DNA of 64,000 nt, taken from NCBI GenBank assembly GCA_964016885.1, contig CAXHJY010001600.1, forward strand, positions 100,189-164,188. Direction: 5' to 3'. Shown here one piece after another: positions 51,875-64,000 of this stretch; the first letter of the stretch is position 1, and every line of letters starts with the position of its first letter. Position numbers and translations under genes: made by a program. The stretch is from Eledone cirrhosa (lineage: Eukaryota). The notes under the pieces were generated by a model. That model was given only the letters and a program-made list of their open reading frames with translations. It had not been told where the DNA came from and did not search any database.

Positions 51875-52275
51875 ATATGGATGTGGGTGAAGAGATAAAA
51901 TGATAGTAGAAATGTAGAAAAATGAAATGTCTCCTTTGATGTGGGAGAAAAAAATGAAATAAGGGGGAATGTTGGATGAGGGTGAAGAGATGACATGACA
52001 ATAATAATGTAGAAAAATAAACAGGGACATCCCGAGGTGTGGAGGAAGAGATGAAATGAGGGTAGTATTGAATAAAAATAAAGGGGTTATGCTGGATATG
52101 TATTAAAAGATGAAATGATGGAAGTTATGTAGGAAAATATAGGGGGCATGCTCTATGTGGGTGAAGGGTAGAAAAATAAAGTGGGATGTTTGGAAGAGGT
52201 GAAATGCTGGGAGAAAAAATGTAAAGAAATAAACAGGGGTATGTTGGATGTGTGTGAAGAGATAAAATAATGGTA
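51875..52275. repeat. Degenerate ~60-bp purine-rich tandem array
   Basis: Recurrent ggatgtgggtgaagagataaaatgat...tgtagaaaaataaa.ggg; one more unit at ~52610-52690. Confidence 0.6.
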
Positions 52276-52454
52276 TGTATATATGGTCCTGTAACTCCTT
52301 TTGGAGTCATAAGGATGCCATAGTGGTATACATTTCTTGGGCATTTTAAGCCTGGCAGAACCCATCTCTCTGCAGATCTGAACACAGCAGATTTCTTCCA
52401 GAGGAAGATTGATAATAAGAAAGAGAAAATGAGAAAGAGACATAGAGGAAGAAT

Positions 52455-52610
52455 CAACCCCAGTACCAAACTGGTACTTTCTTTATCGACCTTAAATGGA
52501 TGAAAGGCAAACTTGACCAGGGTGGGATTTGAACTGAGAGAGCAGAGAGCCGAAATGAATACAGCAAAGCACTTTATCTGATGTTCTAACAACAGTCAAT
52601 TCACTGCCTT
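52455..52610 (-). mobile_element. Older related SINE
   Basis: ctggtactttctttatcgacc...ggatgaaaggcaaacttgacc...ggatttgaact. Confidence 0.75.
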
Positions 52611-53047
52611 GAAATGATGATAGTATTGTAGAAAGCTAAATGGGCATTGTTGAATATGGGTGAAGAGATAAAATTATGGTAGTAATGTAAATGCATGTTC
52701 AACAATGAAAATCAGTGAAATCAAACACAGAGAACAATTACAAAATGTGTTATTAGGTTCACGCTTGTATGTAATGGAAAAAGAACTATTTTCTATCTAT
52801 CAGAGATTAGTTCCTCATTTTCACCAGGAAAGAAACTAGAGTGCAAGAGATGTTAGCAGAGAGAAGCTAAGGGAAAAAGTAATTATATATAATTATACAT
52901 ATGTATTCGTATATAATTATAAATGTGTGTATATATATATATATGTATTCTCATGTAATTATCTCTCTCTCACACTCTCGGTATATATATAATAATTATA
53001 ATAATATATAATCATATATCTTCATATGCATACACACTGTAAATATA

Positions 53048-53105
<58 letters not shown>

Positions 53106-53504
53106 AACATCCATACATATACATACAGAGATGTAACTTACTCACACACGCATTAATACACACAATAATCTTTTCAACATATTTCTCTACCATTTACTCT
53201 CTAGTTTGCATGCCATATTTGGTTGCCCATCTATTTACAATTCATTCAATGGTTGCTATGTAAAAAAAAAAGGCTATATGTAGGCTTTCTGCCTCAAATT
53301 TATCATTAATTTTTTTATTTTCTTTATATACATTTTATTGTTTCTTTATTTGTTTTCAGTAGAAAGACCTTGTCCAAAATGTCAAAATAAATTGTTTCTA
53401 TTTATCCTGAGTGTCTTGCGAATAAACTTGATTTTTATCCTATTCTGTTTAGTGTTGTTGTTTTTTTTTTACCCATTCTCTTGTTCATTATCTATAAATA
53501 TATT

Positions 53505-53720
53505 AGGGTGGTGGATTGGTAGTATTGGTAGAGCGTCAGATATCCTGATTTGTGGCAGAGAGTTACAGCTCTTTACATTCTGAGTTCAAATCCTGCCAAG
53601 ATTGGCTTTGCCTTCCATCCTTACAGGGTTGATAAATAAAGCACCAGTAATGCACTGGGATCGATACAATTGACTTTCCCCTCCATTTCAAATTGCTGGC
53701 CTTGTGCCTAAATCAGAAAC
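53505..53720 (+). mobile_element. tRNA-derived SINE
   Basis: 19-bp TSD cattatctataaatatatt (53486-53504 / 53721-53739). Confidence 0.9.
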
Positions 53721-55619
53721 CATTATCTATAAATATATTTATTCTGTGAATATTTGTGTGTGTATATATCTTTATCGCTGTTGTAATTACACTCCATGAT
53801 GGACTACCACATCAAAATTGGAAGGATACACATGATATTGAGTGCTTGAACCTAATTATATCATTATTTATTGATTGGAGTGTTGCTCACATTTTTTGCA
53901 TTACTCCCTCCCCTATTATCCAACATTCAGTTTCACTAATCACCCTCATATTCATTCTCTCTTCTTTTACACTCTGTTGGTCAACACTATCCTGCTGTTC
54001 ACACTCCCAGTTCCATTTGCTTTGTAAAGAAGCAAACAATAGAGACTACAAAAGACTGTTTCAGCTTGCAAGAGACAAGACAACCATCATAGTGTTAGCA
54101 CTATGATAAAATGCTCTTAGTACACTCTGTCAAATGATTTTGTTAGGGGGATACAACCATAGAATCCATGGTAAGTGTATAAGTGAGAACTAATGATTTC
54201 AACCTGTTGCTGTCATTGTCAGATAGGGAGTAAACAAAGGATTGATACATTGGTAAAATATAGTGTTCAGCAATTGTAACAATAAATAGACACACACACA
54301 CACACATATATATATATACAATCTGAGTTTTTCGAATATTAATAATAATATTTGATTTGTTTGCAATTATGCAAATAGCCTCTTTAAAGCCATGTCAGTA
54401 GAATGTCACTGTCATTCTTGCTCTTGTGTTGGCATGTAAACAGAACTGCAGACACTAATGTTTCTGGGTGGTTATCCTTCATCAGTGCAGTATACTGCTT
54501 ACCTGCCAACTGTCAGAGCTAGTGAAAATATATGATATTTTCTAAAATATACAGTGATTGATTGGCCTGATTTGCATATTAGCAGACTGCCTGATGAGTC
54601 AGATCTGCATATTAGCAGATAGGCCAGTCTACTGATCAGCCAAATTTGCATATCAGCAGATAGGCTAGTCAGTTTCATGTATGCAAGGGATTAATAGCCG
54701 GCTTTGCCATATTCAAATAACAAACAAATGGTTTATCGTTCTACATGGCTGAATACAATAAATGCAATCTGAGTTTTTCGAATATTAATAATAATATTCG
54801 ATTTCTTTGCAATTATGCAAACAGCAACTTTAAAGCCATATCAGTAGAATATTAAAAAAACTCAGATTATATTTATTGTATTCAGTTACGACGAAATTGC
54901 AGGAGATTGAGATCTGAAGAGCATATTTTCATCCATTCTATTTCCTCCTTCCTATCTTCTCTTCTCTTCTTTCTTTCGAGTCAACACACACCAAGCCACT
55001 GATCTCTGTCCTTCAAGGAAATATTTTATCCAATGCCACTTTGACGGTATTTTGCTGTTTTAACAGCTTCCGTACAGTGAGTTTTTCAATTTTCCTGAGA
55101 ATATATATATTATAATATTCTTCGAATCTTCATCCCTGCCGAAGGGACGTTTGAGAAATGTGATGTATTTATGCCATTTTCTTGTCTCTCTCTATGTTTT
55201 ACATGGTCCATTTACTTAGAATCCAAGCTTTCAATTTTATTTGTTAATTCTGTCAGACCCTCAAAAACAATTGTCTTGTATTTAAACTCTGATTACTGCT
55301 ATATGTTCGTTTATAGGTTTAGATTTTAAAAAATATATATAAAAAAAAAATCCAACACACAATTTTCAGCAAACAGGAGGGGTAGTGAACTTTGATAAGT
55401 AATAAAAAAAGAACGAAACAGATCTCTGTCAGTTTATCTCCCCTGTTTGCTGAAGATTTAAATAAGTGACATTGTCACTATTTTAGAACAATAGCCTATG
55501 GTCTTCAAAATACAAATATACATATATGTACATACATATATACATATATATACATACATATATACATATATATACATACATATATATATATACATATATA
55601 CAAAATATGTAGTTTAGAA

Positions 55620-57826
55620 AGCCACAACAATGCAGATGGGAAATCTCGAGGTAGGAAGTGAGTAAGAAATAGGAGAAAAGTGAAAAATGAGAGAAACGAA
55701 AACAAAACAAAGGTGGAAGGATTACCGTAGTGGAGATTTAATCCCAATATTTCGGGCTCACACCCATCAACGGGGGGAAAGTTCCAAAAGGGGGGGGGAA
55801 CAGGCTAAGCCACAGAAAGTTGTTGTATTGTCGTTAGAACATAGGAATGCCGTTATGGGGAAAATTCAAACGAGGGAAAGAGTGCGCGTGCGCGTGATAG
55901 GCTGTGGCAAAAGCTACTAACCAATTGGGTTAGATCAATAGGGTGCGCTAGCACGTGAAAGCCGTAAAATATGTGTGTGTAAATATATATGTGTGTGTAA
56001 CTGTGTGTGTATATGTGTATGTGTGTATGTATGTGAGTGTGTGTGTGTGAAAGATAGTGGGCCGTAGAAGCTGGAATTCAAAGGGTGTGAAAGGTGGTAG
56101 GTTGTATAAACATGTGTGCGTGTATAAATATAGATGTGTGTGTGTGCGTGTGTGTATGTGTATGGGTATACATATAAGTGCGTGTGTGTGAAAGATAGTA
56201 GGCCGTAGGGGCTGTTACTGGTCACTATGGTTAGATTAGCCATGTCAGTTCATTTCTCTCAGCCCGGTTGTTAAGTGGGGGTCTGAGGTTCTTAATAACA
56301 AGTGCTTCCTTTATCCTTAAGGATCCGATGCTGCGTTCAGTCGCTAGGACTGTGACCAATGGTCTGCCCTGTGGGTTTCCGCATTTAAGGATGTGTTTAC
56401 GGAAGGAAGATGCGTTGGTGTTGACATGTTCCTTGATACGAACATGTAGGGGTCGGATGGTGCTACCCATGTAAAACTTGTTACATTTATCGCATTGAAT
56501 CTTATATACGACATAGGTGCGTAGGCAATCTGCCCCCCGTATCGGGCAGTTGCTGAGGGAACACGTTCCATCTGACTCGTCGGGTTTGGTGGAGAGGCAT
56601 CTTCAGAGCGAAGGTCCTGTGTGGGCCAAATGTATATCAAGTCCCTCCCTCCGTATGGCCCTGCGGATGGCGTTCGTGGTATATTCACTCAGGTGAGGGA
56701 TTTTAAAGAAGCACTTGTATTTATCTAAGTTTCTAGTGGGTGTCTGTCTATTGGGTCTGGGGTCTCTAATTCCGTTAATCAGTCACTTGGGATATCCATT
56801 AGACTTGAGTAGATTACGGAATTGCGTGGTATGGGTGAGACCACCCATCGGGTCGCTGCATCTATTAGTGATCCATATAAGTTCATTTAGGACATAGCCT
56901 CTCTTAGTGTTGTTGAGGAGGGCTGAGTTGTAATGCACAAATAAGTCCTTGCACGCTGCCTTGCGGTAGAATGTGGTGTTTATGTCTCCTTCTGAGATGT
57001 TGATATGGAAGTCGAGGAGGGCGAGTGACCCGTCTTCTTCAGGGTGTTCGATGGTGAAATCGACGTGATGGTCAGTGTCGTTAAAGATTTGGTGAATTTC
57101 ATTCGCCATCTCCTGGGAAGAAGTGAGTATCAGTATGTCATCAACGTATCTGGAGTAGAAGGCGACGGCGTTGGGTTGGCAGGTGTTGAGTGCCTTGCGT
57201 TCCAGGTGGTCCATGTACGACATCGCAAGTATGCCGGACAGACTAGAGCCCATAGGTAGCCCAGAGATCTGTTTGTATGTGTGGCCGAGGAAATTAAAGA
57301 ATGCATTATCCACAACGAAGGAGAGGAGTTGGTGGATGTCTGTGTGTGTGAGTCCGAAGTAGTGTAAGTTAGATGATCGGACTCGTTCGGTTAACAGGTC
57401 GACGGCTGGGGATGCTGGTACGGAGGTATAAAGGGCGACCACATCAAGAATGAAGGCATATCCGTTGTCCTTTCTGGTGTTGGGCGCCAAATGGTGTAGT
57501 CGCTCCAAGACCTCCTTTGAGCTGCAGTTGTGGGCTGGTAGTGTGTGTAGAATGGGTTTCAGTAATGTGGAGAGCAGCCACGATATTTTGTAAAGTGGGC
57601 CCTCCACGCTAGAGACAATGGGCCTGATTTTCAAATCGGGTCCTTCTTTATGGGTTTTCACCAGGTGGTAGAAGGTGGGTAGTTTGCTGTTTCTAGTCGT
57701 TATGTTATTTTTTACCTTCTTTGGCAGTTGTCGTTGGACACAGATGTTAGTCCATATGGTGTTAATGCCTTCCTCGATTAGAGTCGAGGAGGTCCCTGTG
57801 ACTTTTGAGTAGAGGCTGTCGTCATT
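55620..57826 (-). mobile_element. Penelope-like retroelement (RT plus GIY-YIG endonuclease), 5'-truncated and frameshifted
   Basis: RT motifs [45 protein letters not shown] and [43 protein letters not shown]...IKEALVIKNLRPPLN at 56231-56515. The 3' non-coding region runs to ~55620. Confidence 0.95.
55741..55777 (-). ncRNA. Variant or degenerate minimal hammerhead in the Penelope 3' repeat
   Basis: The minus strand reads cccc-CCGTTGA-t-ggg-tgtgag-ccc-GAAA-tat-T-gggat. Hammerhead topology is present, with two substitutions in CUGANGA. Confidence 0.45.
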
Positions 57827-58117
57827 AATATATACATACATATATACATACATATATACATACATATATACAGATATACATACATATATACATACATATA
57901 TACAGATATACATACATATATACATACATATATACAGATATACATACATATATACATATATATACATGCATATATATATACATATATACATACATATATA
58001 CATATATATAGATACATACATATATACATATATATAGATACATACATATATACATATATACAGATACATACATATATACATATACATACATACATACATA
58101 TACATACATACATACAT

Positions 58118-58150
<33 letters not shown>

Positions 58151-58161
58151 CACATACATAC

Positions 58162-58225
<64 letters not shown>

Positions 58226-58257
58226 ACATACATATATATATATATATACATAAATAC

Positions 58258-58290
<33 letters not shown>

Positions 58291-58304
58291 CATACATATA
58301 TATA

Positions 58305-58369
<65 letters not shown>

Positions 58370-58395
58370 ATACATACATATATATATATATACAT
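57827..58395. repeat. Compound (AT)n/(ATAC)n microsatellite
   Basis: Almost pure atat/atac/atag repeats. Confidence 0.98.
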
Positions 58396-59306
58396 ACATC
58401 ATCATCATCAACGTTTAACGTCCGTGTTCCACGATTCCATGGGTTTGGACGGGGGTTTTCCCACTTGAGGCAAGAATGTTTGTCTTGCTCGCATAGGACT
58501 GTCTGGCGGGTTTTCTACAGTTGGATGCCCTTCCTAACACCAACCACATTTACAGTGTGGGGCTGGGAGGTTTTTACCGTGTTGCCCATGGCCACATTAC
58601 AGCGTTGACTGTGTCTACACGATCTCATTTGTTTCGGCCTGGATGTTGTGGCACCAACATAACTTTACATTGAAAGGGGCGGTGTGGATGGGGTGGGGGG
58701 TGGGTGTATGTTGTTAGAGATGCCTACTGGCTGTAGTAGGTTTTACTTTGTATTTAGGTAAGGCGGGTCTTCTCTATTACTGAGTACCGCCAAAGGTCTC
58801 GGTCCAGTGACATTGTCTTGGAGAGGTGTAAGTGTGTGAGGTCAGAATTTATCAGCTCGTCCCAGGTTTGTCTGGGCCTGCCTACTCCGTAGCTACCGTC
58901 TATCTTTATTGCCCTGCACTTTGTTATACAGCTGTCATCTTTCATGCGCATCACGTGACCATACCAACGTAGCCTTCTCTCGAGTAAACAACATCTAATC
59001 CCTCTTATTTCTAATTTTTTCCTTAGTTCGCTTATGCTTTGCCGTTCACGTATGTTACTATTACACATCCAGCGGAGCATGCAAGCTTCGTTCCTCTCTA
59101 GTCTGCGTATATCGTCTGCACACAATGCCCAGGTCTCACTGCCATGCAACATTGCTGTTCGTATGCAGGCATCATACAACCTGCCTTTCATTCTTAGGGA
59201 GAATCCTTTAGCGGCTAATAGTGGTATAAGCTCTCTGAACTTTTTCCAACCAGTTCTGACACTAGCTACTGTACTTTCAGAGCACCCTCCCCCACTGCTG
59301 ATTTTG
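58396..59306 (-). mobile_element. RTE-clade LINE, 5'-truncated, with 3' UTR and (GAT)n tail
   Basis: [26 protein letters not shown]...[20 protein letters not shown]...[12 protein letters not shown]...GRPRQTW; stop at 58754; tail catcatcatcatc at 58396-58410. Confidence 0.93.

Positions 59307-64000
<4,694 letters not shown>

Overview
AT-rich, microsatellite-dense eukaryotic DNA. The SINE family, the (CAT)n-tailed LINE ends and the huge AT/ATAC tracts suggest an octopus or other cephalopod; this is inference, not a database result. One spliced host gene is supported on the minus strand, with three phase-0 coding exons (27670-27861, 8994-9122, 885/909-1244). They join into a ~220-aa type-I membrane protein (signal peptide, short ectodomain, one TM helix, acidic tail) that I do not recognise; its acidic tail is duplicated at 257-440. 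The rest is intron or intergenic DNA full of transposons: a decayed Helitron (Rep plus PIF1 helicase), two Chapaev3-type DNA transposons with intact CAC...GTG ends and 3-bp TWA target duplications, a Penelope element (RT plus GIY-YIG), Tigger, RTE and CR1 relics, piggyBac-type and TA-type MITEs, and about 10 copies of one tRNA-derived SINE. The most notable unannotated signals are a hammerhead ribozyme with a complete core and an unusually long stem-II insert (25060-25159), a variant minimal hammerhead at the Penelope 3' end, fold-back hairpins built on hammerhead half-cores, and an 8 x 27-bp GCGCATGCGC array upstream of the Helitron. All calls are by eye, and boundaries of decayed elements are approximate.
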